A stretch of 64,000 bases of DNA from Coleofasciculus sp. B1-GNL1-01 (GCA_040220235.1 JAVJTO010000051.1); one strand, 5' to 3'; positions 40,569-50,699 are shown, counted from the first letter of the stretch. The notes: generated by a model from the letters alone, not told the origin. A program made the numbers and translations.

Positions 40569-42302
40569 TCAATAACGATTGCCTGATTTGCGGTGATGTA
40601 CGGCCGTCATCCCGGTTGATTGCAATACTTTACCATTATCAACAACCGCATAGACTAACCAGTGATCGCCGCAGTCCATCCGACTCTTAACCGTACATTC
40701 TAAATAAGCCAGGGCATCTTTAATAATCGGACAACCATTTTCCGCTGTTTCCGTCTCTAACCCCGCAAATCGATCATCCCCTGGGGCAAAGGATTGCAAG
40801 AAGTGTCGCCGGACATTCATCCCTTCTTTTAAGATATTCAGGACAAAACTATCTCCCGTATGCGTCAGAGATTCAACTGCCCGATCTTTGGCGATCGCAA
40901 CAGTAATTCCTGGCGGATTGAATGAGGCTTGCGTTACCCAAGAGGCTAACATACCACTGCGGACATTCCCGCGCTGCGCCGCGACAACACATAATGATCC
41001 GACAATTCGTCCCACCGCCTGCGCCGTTCGGTCAATTTGGGCGCTGCTGACGGCTTGTTTGGGGGCGCGGAATTTCTTGGATTTTTTCAGCGCCTGGGCA
41101 AAATCTGTGCCGACTTCTTTACAATATTGAATTGTCTCGTCGTCAGGTTTAAACTTAACTCGAATCGGTTCAAATCCCAGGCGATACCCCGCATCTAAGA
41201 GTTTACTTTCAATTTCATCAACGGCTTCGCCACTCCAGCCATACGATCCAAACACCCCAGCCAGTTTGGTTTTGGCAGCATTGGAGAGGACAATCCCTAA
41301 CGCCGTTTGCACTTGAGTGGGGGTATGTCCGCCTAGGGTTGGGGAACCAATTAAAAAGCCATCACTGCGTTGAATTGCGGCTTCAATATCAGTCGGTTCG
41401 GCAAATTCACAGTTAATCGATTCGACAGCTGCACCAGTTTTGGTGATTCCTTTGGCGATCGCTTGGGCTAAGGTTGCGGTATTTCCATAAGCTGATGCAT
41501 AAATTAGCGCCACTGTCAAGTCTTGTTCGGTTTGCTGCTGACCCCATTGGCGATAATCATGGATGAATCGGCTGAGGCTATAACGAACAATCGGACCATG
41601 ACCCGGGGCGTACATTTTCGCCGAGAACGTGGCTAGTTTGTTCAGGGCGACGTCTACCTGTCGTGCTTGGGCGGCATGGAGACAATCATAATAGTAGCGT
41701 CGGTCTTCGTCTAAGCGTTTCCAGTTTTCGTCAAAGAGTTCATCGCCGCAGACATGGGCGCCAAAGAGTTTATCGGTAAATAGGATACGACTTTGGGGGT
41801 CATAAGTACATTGTCCATCGGGCCAACGGGGTGTGGGGATGGGAATGAATTGTAGCTGATGATTTTGACCTAAATCTAAGGTTTCCTCGCCTTTAGGTAC
41901 CCAAACATTACATTGGTGTTCCCGTAAGGCATTTTGTAACGCAACTGCCCCGGCTTTAGAACAAACAAAGGTAATTTGCGGGGCTAAGTCTAGCAAGGCT
42001 TTCAGCGTCACCATTCGGTTGGGATTAACGTGACCTAAAATCACATAATCTAATTGCTGCACATTTAGGCATTGCTGCAATTGAGTCAGGAAGATTTCAG
42101 TAAACGATTCCCCTGGCGGATCAATCAGCGCTGTTTTATCGGCTTGGATAAGATAAGAGTTGGCAGTAGTCCCCCGTTGTAGGGAATATTCCACCTCAAA
42201 CTTGAGTCTATCCCAGGTTCGCGATCGCAAAACCGTTGTATCCGTTCCTTCGATGGCGACAACTTGGACATCACGGGGTTTAATATTAGGTATTGTAGTC
42301 AT
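40569..42302 (-). CDS. flv2: Class C flavodiiron protein of the Flv1/Flv2 type, most likely Flv2
   Basis: Beta-lactamase-like, flavodoxin (SAYGNT) and flavin reductase domains; non-canonical HVNPNR in place of HxEPDH; a PsiE-type gene directly upstream as in the flv4-sll0218-flv2 operon. Confidence 0.65.
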   Translation of the reverse strand: MTTIPNIKPRDVQVVAIEGTDTTVLRSRTWDRLKFEVEYSLQRGTTANSYLIQADKTALIDPPGESFTEIFLTQLQQCLNVQQLDYVILGHVNPNRMVTLKALLDLAPQITFVCSKAGAVALQNALREHQCNVWVPKGEETLDLGQNHQLQFIPIPTPRWPDGQCTYDPQSRILFTDKLFGAHVCGDELFDENWKRLDEDRRYYYDCLHAAQARQVDVALNKLATFSAKMYAPGHGPIVRYSLSRFIHDYRQWGQQQTEQDLTVALIYASAYGNTATLAQAIAKGITKTGAAVESINCEFAEPTDIEAAIQRSDGFLIGSPTLGGHTPTQVQTALGIVLSNAAKTKLAGVFGSYGWSGEAVDEIESKLLDAGYRLGFEPIRVKFKPDDETIQYCKEVGTDFAQALKKSKKFRAPKQAVSSAQIDRTAQAVGRIVGSLCVVAAQRGNVRSGMLASWVTQASFNPPGITVAIAKDRAVESLTHTGDSFVLNILKEGMNVRRHFLQSFAPGDDRFAGLETETAENGCPIIKDALAYLECTVKSRMDCGDHWLVYAVVDNGKVLQSTGMTAVHHRKSGNRY

Positions 42303-42343
42303 AGAGAATCAGTTGGATGAGATTAATGTTGACGGTTTAAATT

Positions 42344-42433
42344 AGGACTTACGCAAAGGATCTATATGTAGGGTGGGGAGAGCGTAGTGTAACGCATCTT
42401 AACCAATATATAGGGTGTGGCTGCGTAAGTTCT
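42344..42433. mobile_element. Short MITE-like element with AGGACTTACGCA / TGCGTAAGTTCT ends and an internal GTAG REP remnant
   Basis: 12-bp inverted termini with one mismatch. Confidence 0.65.
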
Positions 42434-42477
42434 GAGATTAGGAAAAAGGGAACAGCAAATAACGTGATATTCGGAAT

Positions 42478-43065
42478 TCAGTGACCTCTTTTATCTGCCA
42501 CAACAGTCGTCTTGGGGTAAGGCGTTAACGGGTTATTATTAGAGTCATTAACCTGATGCTGAGTCGGCTGTTTATATCGAATAGAGAACCGTTTCTCCGG
42601 ATCAATCCCATCGAATGTTGGCGGCAAATAGACTCGTACAATTAATAAGGCTGCCATCACAATTAAGAACGCACAGGCAGCTAAAATTTGAATCCACGAG
42701 GTTTCCAAGACTCCTCGCACAATCACCTCCCGCAGAACGGAGACAATGGAAACTTCTACCGCGACGCCTATCGATACCCTTTGTTCTTGTAAGTAAATAA
42801 TCAGCAGTCGAAATAATTCAACCAAAATCAGCAAGAACAGAATATCTGACGTTACGCCAGGGAAATCTAAGGGCGGTAGCAACTCCACAAACATCTCTCG
42901 TAGCTGAATCGCCATAAAAGCAAATAAGCCAACACAGAGGGAAATGATAAATAAGTCTTGGATTGTTTCCAGCGCCCGGACAATGTGATTCCGCTTAACC
43001 TGTTCGTACCAGTTTGGCGGCGAGGATGGTAGAGGCTCGTGCATGGGAGGTTCCTTCTGTATCAC
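42478..43065 (-). CDS. PsiE family membrane protein (Sll0218-like)
   Basis: DILFLLILVELFRLLIIYL..VAVEVSIVSVLREVI; four TM helices; ATG at 43044 is a likely start. Confidence 0.82.
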   Translation of the reverse strand: MIQKEPPMHEPLPSSPPNWYEQVKRNHIVRALETIQDLFIISLCVGLFAFMAIQLREMFVELLPPLDFPGVTSDILFLLILVELFRLLIIYLQEQRVSIGVAVEVSIVSVLREVIVRGVLETSWIQILAACAFLIVMAALLIVRVYLPPTFDGIDPEKRFSIRYKQPTQHQVNDSNNNPLTPYPKTTVVADKRGH

Positions 43066-43167
43066 TAGCTCCTAGATTACATTGTTAACGCTTATCACTG
43101 CAACATTTTTTTATTTGCAAATTTAATGTATTACATCAACAGATTATAGAGGGAGAGAGGCTAACGA

Positions 43168-43253
43168 TTAAACCTTAAATATCAATAATGACGCCATACT
43201 TGTAGTACGAGCATCTTGCTCGCTACTCGTACCCAATTTAAATACATGACAGA
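43168..43253 (-). mobile_element. Degenerate copy of the REP-carrying MITE at 53746-53847, in inverted orientation
   Basis: ttaaaccttaa..tgtagtacgagcatcttgctcgctac..tacccaatttaaatacatgacag aligns with the reverse complement of 53746-53847. Confidence 0.7.
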
Positions 43254-44186
43254 TTAATGGGCAAACATTGGTGTACTCAGATACCGTTCTCCACCACTGG
43301 CTTGAATCACCACAATTAGGCGATCGCGATTTTCGGGACGACAACCTATCTGTAATGCAGCATACACCGCCGCCCCTGTAGAAATGCCACTGAGAATTCC
43401 TTCATCCTGCGCCAACTGACGCCCGATTTCGTAGGCTTGCGCCTCATTCACCTGCATAATTTCGTCAATCAAATTCACCCGCAACACGTCAGGAACAAAC
43501 CCCGCACCAATTCCTTGTAAATTATGGATTCCCGCAGGTTTGCCACTTAAAACCGCACTCTTAGTTGGCTCAATTGCCACAATTTTCAATTGGGGTTTTT
43601 GTTGTTTGAGATAGCGCCCCGCCCCGGTGAGTGTCCCCCCTGTGCCAACGCCTAGCACAAGATACTCAATTTGTCCATCTGTCCCTTGCCAAATCTCTGG
43701 TCCCGTGGTTTGATAATGGATTTTCGGGTTAGCGGGATTACTAAATTGTTGTGGGGAAAACGTATTTGGGAGAGTCGCCAGCAACTCATTCGCCCGGGCG
43801 ATCGCGCCAGCCATATCTGCTTTAGCAGGTGTCAGCATAACCTCCGCACCGTAGGCTTTCACCAATTGCTGACGCTCACGGCTCATATTTTCTGGCATGG
43901 TTAAAATTAAACGATATCCCTTAGCCGCACAAACCATGGCTAAACCAATACCCGTATTCCCCGATGTCGCCTCAATAATCGTCGAAACTCCCGGCTGAAT
44001 CAATCCCGCCTCCTCCGCCTCCGCAACCATACTAATCGCGATTCTGTCTTTAATCGATTTGGCTGGATTCATCCCCTCCAGTTTTAAGACAATTGTGGCG
44101 ACGCAGCCGTGACGTTGAGGAAGGCGTTGAAGTTGCACCAGGGAAGTGCTACCGATAACATCTGTAATATTCGAGTAAATTTTCAT
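43254..44186 (-). CDS. cysK: Cysteine synthase A
   Basis: KLEGMNPAKSIKDR, EATSGNTG, GVGTGGT, QGIGAGF, GERYLS; ATG of MKIY at 44186. Confidence 0.93.
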   Translation of the reverse strand: MKIYSNITDVIGSTSLVQLQRLPQRHGCVATIVLKLEGMNPAKSIKDRIAISMVAEAEEAGLIQPGVSTIIEATSGNTGIGLAMVCAAKGYRLILTMPENMSRERQQLVKAYGAEVMLTPAKADMAGAIARANELLATLPNTFSPQQFSNPANPKIHYQTTGPEIWQGTDGQIEYLVLGVGTGGTLTGAGRYLKQQKPQLKIVAIEPTKSAVLSGKPAGIHNLQGIGAGFVPDVLRVNLIDEIMQVNEAQAYEIGRQLAQDEGILSGISTGAAVYAALQIGCRPENRDRLIVVIQASGGERYLSTPMFAH

Positions 44187-44226
44187 AGATGGCAGATGGA
44201 AGTACAATTTCACTTACTATAAAGTC

Positions 44227-44628
44227 TTAGGGAAATAAACCTAAACGAATCCATAGTTGCCTTGCTGTTACTTGTGCTTGACTGTTCATCTCTAAATACG
44301 CGATCGCGACTCTTCCAATAGGTGTTTTCGCCACCAATTTTCCCGAATCGCTGTCTACTTGGAAATGATCATCCCACAAGTCTTGTCTGGGATGAAACAG
44401 ACGAACTTCCCGATTGGATTCAGGATCGAGTCCACTGATACGAGTTCCTTTACGCAGATTGCAGGAGCGACAAGCAAGAGCCAGATTGAATTCAGCATTA
44501 GCGCCGCCTCGGTAAAGGGGTATGATGTGTTCGACTTCAAACGGAAAGTTGAATACCAGTTCAGGAGCATGACAATATTCACAGCGATGAAAGGCACGAT
44601 CAGCAACTAGAGTATAGAAAGGATTCAT
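44227..44628 (-). CDS. HNH endonuclease (small, toxin-like)
   Basis: RAFHRCEYCH, EVEHIIP..GG, NLALACRSCN, RLFHPR; ATGA overlap with the upstream gene. Confidence 0.9.
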   Translation of the reverse strand: MNPFYTLVADRAFHRCEYCHAPELVFNFPFEVEHIIPLYRGGANAEFNLALACRSCNLRKGTRISGLDPESNREVRLFHPRQDLWDDHFQVDSDSGKLVAKTPIGRVAIAYLEMNSQAQVTARQLWIRLGLFP

Positions 44629-44987
44629 GGGTTCAGTTGCTGTATCAAAGCGGCGGTTCGGGCTGTGGCGGCTTTCAATTCAGCCTCGACAAGACTATCT
44701 AACTCCGCTTGTTGTTCTGGAGGTAGCGTCTGTCCCTGATCGCGGGCTGTTCGCCACCGATTTATCAACTTAGATAAACGCTGTTGCTCAACTTCACTAA
44801 AAAACCAGTCAGGACGAAAGCTTTGGAGAATCAGTAGAGTACCTAATTCACCTCCTTCTAGCTGGGCGGTCAATGCATCTAACGCTTCACCTGCGGTTTT
44901 ACCAGTGGATTGCTTATCACCTGCAATCGCTCGATAAAGCCTCTCACCGCTTGCATCGGATACTGGCAAGATAGCAACTGTAGTCAT
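44625..44987 (-). CDS. Small hypothetical protein coupled to HNH (putative antitoxin)
   Basis: MTTVAIL..GKTAGEALDAL..QQRLSKL..EQQAELDSLVEAEL; 4-bp overlap with the HNH gene. Confidence 0.75.
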   Translation of the reverse strand: MTTVAILPVSDASGERLYRAIAGDKQSTGKTAGEALDALTAQLEGGELGTLLILQSFRPDWFFSEVEQQRLSKLINRWRTARDQGQTLPPEQQAELDSLVEAELKAATARTAALIQQLNP

Positions 44988-45074
44988 GTCTTTACTTGAG
45001 AGTCTCTTGCTCACTAATTATAGTTTATAGTTGGTTCGTCATTGCGCTGTCTTCGCTTACCTAAACACTGAAAT

Positions 45075-47732
45075 TCACCCGATCATTAATTGAAAGAAAA
45101 CCACGGTAAAACCAGCCATCAGCACCAAATGAGGTAAATTGTTCCAGAACGGACGTTGGGTAATTTTTAACAACGGATAGATACTGAACGCTAAAAGTGA
45201 AAGCAACGTCACCCCCTGTAAAAAACTCGCCACATCCATACTCCAGGTTAACGTTGGCCAATTCACCCCAGAATAGCCAAAAGTACGAGCCATAACAGGT
45301 AAAATTTGACCTGCTTCCGTAATTCCGGCTGGCACATAATAGGCTAAGTTCGCCGCTAACACCATGGGCAGATAGGCATAAATGACCCTTAAATAATCCG
45401 GCATTTCTTGGTCAAATAGACGCGCCAGTTGATGGGTCAAATAGGTCGCGACAAAGGGAATCAGCAGCAATAACGTCACCACAGGGAACGCCGTCAATAA
45501 ATGCTCAGAATCTAAGGGTATATTTCCCAAACCCAACCACCCCAGAATCCGGTGCGAATAGTGCATAAAGACGCCGCCAAATAAGAGCAACATCAATGCC
45601 ACTTCTGCCCAAAATCCTTGATGATTCTCCAATAAATCCGCCGCCGGAAATCGCAAATTGAATTGCGCTGAACGGTTCGGACAAGCCTTAAGACAGGTCA
45701 TACATAACACACAATCTCGATTATCCTGTAACTGAGCCGGATGAGAATAGAGAGGACATCCTCCTGTGGCTTGTCCTTCATTCGGTAAGGGATTCCTAAA
45801 ATTAACGGGTGTCGCCTCACTACCTTTATAACAACCAAACGTACTGCATTGACTCCCACAAACTTGCTGAACCGATCGCACTTCAATCATAGAAAGTTTG
45901 GCAAACATCCCATTCATCCCACCAATGGGACAGAGATAGCGACACCAGAGGCGGCGTTCATAAATGACACTACAAATCACCGCACCCGCAGCAATGGCGA
46001 CTAATAGCCAAGAGGACAGGTAAGGCGTATGAGGTAAATCCCAGAGTTTCTCCCACAAATAAATCGCCACAAATCCGGCAAATAACACCCAAGCGCCCCA
46101 TTTATTTAACCATTTCGTGGACCACGGTAAGAGTTGGCGCGGAAATATCCACAGGGAGACTTTTCTAATCCATTCCCCTGTAATCATAAACGGACATATT
46201 GCACACCAAAGGCGACCGACAAAGGCAAATAAAAAGAGGTAGAGGGGCCACCACCACGCCCAGAAAAAATTCAACGTAATACTGGCATCTCGGCTTTGCG
46301 GACCGATATATCCCATCACTGTCACTGGGATAAAAATTGCCATGACGATAAACCAGAACCGTTGGGGCCACCAGTCACTTAAGAGAAATTTACGTAACCA
46401 AGGTAGTTGGTTGAGTAAATCGACGCGGAAGGCATTTTTCTTTGATTCTACAGACCAAAGAACCTGTTCTGGAATCACCGATTGTCCGGCGGGTGTCATC
46501 AAGACGGCGCGTTGCAGGATTCCTGCGAGTTCGGCAATATTTCCGGGATAATCATAACTGATTAATCGGCGCAAATTGGCTTGATCCAGTTGCAGGATTT
46601 CCTCGCGTTGGCGACAGAATTTATGGAGGAAATAGCGAGCAAATTCGGGAATATCTCCTTTACGTTGGGGGAGGCTAAAGAGTTTGATGGTATGAACATC
46701 TACCCCAGACAAGGCGATTTTTTGGGGACTGGCGAGGATCAGGCGCACCCAGGATTGGACAAGGGGTGGCGGTGAGGATTCCTCAGGTTCGGGGTTGGGA
46801 TTGGGGGTAAAGCTGCCTGTTTTGATAAAGTGAATTAGGCGATCGCGCTCTTGAGGGGTTAAGAGATGGACATTATCAATCAGTAAACTCCCCCGTTCAA
46901 GTAGTTCAATCACCCCCAGTTGTTCTCCCTGTTTACCAAATAGGGCATCGGTATTCACGACACCCGCTTCAGTTTTGGGTAACTCAGCGCAGTCAATTTC
47001 GGCAAACTGACGGTTTTGCAGGGATGAACCAGCATGAATTAACCCCGCCAAGAAGGTTTTGCCACTCCCGGCTGGGGCTTGAAACATGACAGGTTTTAGG
47101 TCATCCTGGGCTTGTTGAATCTGCGATCGCAGTTTTTTGGTGGCTTTACTCGTACCGATGATATCTTCTCCCCTGGGTACGGGCTGAATATAGCGCTGTA
47201 ACCCCTGAATTCTCGCCTGTTCCTTTGCCATTCGCATGGCAAAGTTGGCTAAGTCTTGCGCCAATAGGGTATTAATTGCCCCTTGAAAGTCTGGATAGGT
47301 GCGACAGAGGGTACGAAACTCAGTTTGTCCGAGGAACCAAATTTCACTCTTCGTCAGGGCGACGGCGCTGGCGCGATAGCTAGCGGTGTCTTGGTTTTCT
47401 ACTAATGGCACATAGCCAAAGGTTTCCCCCGCATTGCGATAAGTAATATGGGTTCTACCCACCAGAGAATGGCGATAAATCTCCACAGTTCCCCATTTGA
47501 GTAGATACAAACCCGCTGGCTGTAATCCTTGGCGATAGATTTCGCGATTCGGTTCCACTGTCAAGGGTTTAAAAGCCCTCGCCATGGCTTGAATCGCAGC
47601 GTCGCTAAGTTCTCCCCAAACTCGGTGAAAACTCAACCAGTTACAGCATTCCTGAATTGCTTGATCATCTAGAGTAGTTCCGACATCATGGGTAGGTTGG
47701 AGAGGGAGTTGTTCAATTGGGCTGGCTGACAT
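45075..47732 (-). CDS. cNMP-binding / sigma54-activator-like AAA+ / membrane 4Fe-4S (NapH-like) fusion protein
   Basis: GLYLLKWGTVEI..GETFG (cNMP); IIGTS..GSGKTFLA..YDYPGNIAEL (AAA+); GRLWCAICP, WCRYLCP, CVLCMTCLKACP. Confidence 0.88.
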   Translation of the reverse strand: MSASPIEQLPLQPTHDVGTTLDDQAIQECCNWLSFHRVWGELSDAAIQAMARAFKPLTVEPNREIYRQGLQPAGLYLLKWGTVEIYRHSLVGRTHITYRNAGETFGYVPLVENQDTASYRASAVALTKSEIWFLGQTEFRTLCRTYPDFQGAINTLLAQDLANFAMRMAKEQARIQGLQRYIQPVPRGEDIIGTSKATKKLRSQIQQAQDDLKPVMFQAPAGSGKTFLAGLIHAGSSLQNRQFAEIDCAELPKTEAGVVNTDALFGKQGEQLGVIELLERGSLLIDNVHLLTPQERDRLIHFIKTGSFTPNPNPEPEESSPPPLVQSWVRLILASPQKIALSGVDVHTIKLFSLPQRKGDIPEFARYFLHKFCRQREEILQLDQANLRRLISYDYPGNIAELAGILQRAVLMTPAGQSVIPEQVLWSVESKKNAFRVDLLNQLPWLRKFLLSDWWPQRFWFIVMAIFIPVTVMGYIGPQSRDASITLNFFWAWWWPLYLFLFAFVGRLWCAICPFMITGEWIRKVSLWIFPRQLLPWSTKWLNKWGAWVLFAGFVAIYLWEKLWDLPHTPYLSSWLLVAIAAGAVICSVIYERRLWCRYLCPIGGMNGMFAKLSMIEVRSVQQVCGSQCSTFGCYKGSEATPVNFRNPLPNEGQATGGCPLYSHPAQLQDNRDCVLCMTCLKACPNRSAQFNLRFPAADLLENHQGFWAEVALMLLLFGGVFMHYSHRILGWLGLGNIPLDSEHLLTAFPVVTLLLLIPFVATYLTHQLARLFDQEMPDYLRVIYAYLPMVLAANLAYYVPAGITEAGQILPVMARTFGYSGVNWPTLTWSMDVASFLQGVTLLSLLAFSIYPLLKITQRPFWNNLPHLVLMAGFTVVFFQLMIG

Positions 47733-47820
47733 AAATTCGCCCCGGAAAACCTTAAATACGTTTTAACTTATCGGTTATTGACAAAGGACCAATGACCAAT
47801 GATCAATGACAAATAACCCG

Positions 47821-48405
47821 TTACAATCGACTGTAACAGCGCTCAAACGCAGGTAAATGGCGATTAGCGGAAGCGTCACGCAATTGGGAGAAAGCTGCAA
47901 CGATATCAGGTTCCTGGACAAAGGATAAGAAGCGATCGTACATTTTGAGATTCTCGATTTCGCCGTCTATGCTGATTTGACAGGCGGTTTTTAGGCTATC
48001 GGGTGCCTCAATCGTTCCAGTAAACGTATCTGCTGGTACTGGCACTCCATACTTCATGAACAGGGCTGCCAATCGTTGAGCGTGTCTGGCTTCGGCGTGA
48101 ACAATATTACTAAATGGTCGCACACTACCGAACTTATTGATAACCGCTTCGTAGAAAGCGCGGGCTTTATATTCATCTTCGATGGCTTCAACCAACGCGG
48201 CTTGGGTTTCGGAGTTGAGTTGATTCACAACATGACTGGGTTGTGAAAAGCCTCTCTCCTTGCAGGAGAGAGGTTGTCTAGATCCCGTCAAAAGTAAGGG
48301 GAATCGACACCCTCTGCGTCGTCGCCCATGGTTGCCCGTCTCCAGGGTTGTCTGACGATACCGACAATGCCTGTGCTGCCGTTGGTTATGGTGAAGGTTA
48401 TTCAT
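47821..48405 (-). CDS. Ferritin-like (DUF2202-type) protein with an Arg/His-rich N-terminal extension
   Basis: EAIEDEYKARAFY..PFSNIVHAEARH..GEIENLKMYD..ASANRHLPAF. Confidence 0.82.
   Translation of the reverse strand: MNNLHHNQRQHRHCRYRQTTLETGNHGRRRRGCRFPLLLTGSRQPLSCKERGFSQPSHVVNQLNSETQAALVEAIEDEYKARAFYEAVINKFGSVRPFSNIVHAEARHAQRLAALFMKYGVPVPADTFTGTIEAPDSLKTACQISIDGEIENLKMYDRFLSFVQEPDIVAAFSQLRDASANRHLPAFERCYSRL
48247..48298. repeat. Dispersed palindromic repeat (cctctctccttgcaggagagagg) inside the ferritin-like ORF
   Basis: Same element is intergenic at 50633-50697, including the shared caaaagtaag tail. Confidence 0.85.
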
Positions 48406-48529
48406 GGAGGTTTTCCTATCTATATCTCTATCGTTGCCTGATCCAGGAATCGACGAGGCATTACTGTAAATTTTCTTCTAATTATTTTATATCACTATAA
48501 AGTTATTTAACAATCTTATTGTTTCATAC

Positions 48530-49990
48530 TTAATCTCTCCCATCTCCCCTATCTCCCCCATCTCCCCCATCTCTTAACGTTTCCGTATTCCGGCGTTCGA
48601 TGAGTTTTAGGAGGATTTCGCCATGGAAGGAACGACTAATCGGATAGAAGTACGCCCAAGCTAAACCGCCCATGAGGACAATAGCGGGAATCGGACCAAT
48701 CAGCAGACGAATCGTCCACAACGCGGATTCTGGTTGAGTCGTGGGTAACTGTTCAGATGTGCTGGAGATAAACCCCGACATATCTAGGGCTTTACCCACG
48801 AGGAATAGTGCGATCGCGACGGCAATTTTGTGTATTTGTACCACTAACCCATAGAAAATACCCTCCCGTCGTTGTCCGGTGTTGAGTTCGTCGAAATCAA
48901 CAACATCGGGAAGCATTGACCAGGGTACAATGTAAGCCGTGGACAAACCCAGCCCCACAAATACCGCCAGAACATACATTAATCCCACTTGATTGGGTTG
49001 TAAGAAACACAGTCCCAGCAACGCGCATAAGCTAAACGGGATACCCATGCCATAGATAGCCCGTTTACCCACACGTTTCGCGATCGCACTCCAGACAAAT
49101 GTCATGCTTAGGGCTGTCCCTTGAACGGTTAGGGCGGTTTGGGTAAAGTGGTGATCCGGTAATCCCATCCAATGAATCACAAAATAGGGCAGAATCGCCG
49201 CCGTTGTTTGCAGACTTAACCAAGAACACAAATAAATCCCAATTACACAAATAAACGGGAAGTTACTGAACGCAATCCGAAACTGTTGGGTGATGGGTAA
49301 AAACGATACTTGAGTCACGGATTCCCGTTGGGCTTCAATTTGCTTATAACGCTTATACGTTCCCCAAACACACAGGAAAATCGCTAACGTGGCGACGATT
49401 GCACAAATTGTTCCCAGAATCCGATACTCTTGAGACGGATCATCAATCTGGGCAAAAATAATCTGGGCTAAACCCAGCGAGAAAATACTTGCACCGATAC
49501 TAAACGCGGCTTTAACGCCAATTAAACCAATGCGCTCATCATAGCTTTGAGTGAGTTCAGCCGCTAACGCATTATGGGTGAGAACAACCGAGGTAAACGC
49601 GGCATAAAATAGAATCCCAATTCCGCCATAATAGGCAAACAGTAGCCATTGATTTGAGGTAGGCGGAACAAACCACTGTAAGCCAAAGCCAATCCCCAAG
49701 GGAATCGCCCCAATCAGCATCCACGGGTAACGCCGCCCTAACGGGGAACGAGTGCGATCGCTCAAATACCCGATCATCGGATCATTAATCGCATCCCAAA
49801 CCTTGCCAATCAGCAAAACACTCCCCGCCAAGGTGGGATTTAACCCCGCGACATTGGTGAGAAAAAACAGCAAGAAAAAGACTAAGATGTTACCCGGAAT
49901 CTCTCCTCCCAGTTCTCCAACTCCATAAGCGAGTTTGGTGGGCAAATTCAAGGGTTCACTGGGAGTTTTCTGGGGAAAAGGGTTAGCCAT
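48530..49990 (-). CDS. MFS transporter, GPH (MelB/glucuronide) family
   Basis: KLAYGVG, WDAINDPMIG.LSDRT..GRRYPW, AELTQSYDER, WSMLPDVVD..GQRREG; the tail is formed by ggagatggg repeats. Confidence 0.92.
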   Translation of the reverse strand: MANPFPQKTPSEPLNLPTKLAYGVGELGGEIPGNILVFFLLFFLTNVAGLNPTLAGSVLLIGKVWDAINDPMIGYLSDRTRSPLGRRYPWMLIGAIPLGIGFGLQWFVPPTSNQWLLFAYYGGIGILFYAAFTSVVLTHNALAAELTQSYDERIGLIGVKAAFSIGASIFSLGLAQIIFAQIDDPSQEYRILGTICAIVATLAIFLCVWGTYKRYKQIEAQRESVTQVSFLPITQQFRIAFSNFPFICVIGIYLCSWLSLQTTAAILPYFVIHWMGLPDHHFTQTALTVQGTALSMTFVWSAIAKRVGKRAIYGMGIPFSLCALLGLCFLQPNQVGLMYVLAVFVGLGLSTAYIVPWSMLPDVVDFDELNTGQRREGIFYGLVVQIHKIAVAIALFLVGKALDMSGFISSTSEQLPTTQPESALWTIRLLIGPIPAIVLMGGLAWAYFYPISRSFHGEILLKLIERRNTETLRDGGDGGDRGDGRD

Positions 49991-50102
49991 CAGGGAAGTT
50001 TACCACTCATTTTGAGCGATCATCTCACTTCTGATGGCAGATGACAAGGTTGTCCTTTGTCCGTCGTCCTTCGTCCTTTGTCCTGAGTTCACAGGTTATC
50101 AA

Positions 50103-50438
50103 TTAATTATCATGCATTTCTGCGACTTCGTGCAGCGACTTTTCAAATTCCATGCGCTGTTGAGCATTGCGGAGAAAGTAACCGCTCATCATCGCAGAAA
50201 CTAATAACCGACTCAGATTTTCGCGGTTGGTCGTAACAGTGACATTAAAATGTTCGTGAGGGAGTGCGCCTAACATTCCGATTAGGTTACGTTCCATCAC
50301 CTGAACCACTTCCGGATCGGGTTTAGAGAGTTGGGCGACGGTTTCTGGATGCAGAGACTGGACATATTGCCAGAGTAAGTTACCGCCTTCGCCGTCGTGA
50401 TCAAATAATTCTGGAACTCGATTGGGCAGATTGTTCAT
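50103..50438 (-). CDS. DUF760 domain protein
   Basis: NLLWQYVQSL.PE..GMLGALP.EHF.V...RENLSRLL.SAMMSGYFLRNAQQR. Confidence 0.88.
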   Translation of the reverse strand: MNNLPNRVPELFDHDGEGGNLLWQYVQSLHPETVAQLSKPDPEVVQVMERNLIGMLGALPHEHFNVTVTTNRENLSRLLVSAMMSGYFLRNAQQRMEFEKSLHEVAEMHDN

Positions 50439-50699
50439 GGTGATAATCGAATTTGGGTAGTGTCGTTTGTTTTCCTATCTCTTATCTATTACTTTAAACA
50501 ATCTTCTAGTCCTCGCCTAGTGAGTGCAACCGAACACCTGTGGCGGATTTTACGACGTGATGAACCCTAGACGCACATTAGCCCAGCATAGACAATCTAA
50601 CATCTAATCAGACAACTTCCAATACGGAATTCAAAGCCTCTCTCCTTGCAGGAGAGAGGTTTGGAGAGAGGTTTTCCAAATCTCGACCAAAAGTAAGTT

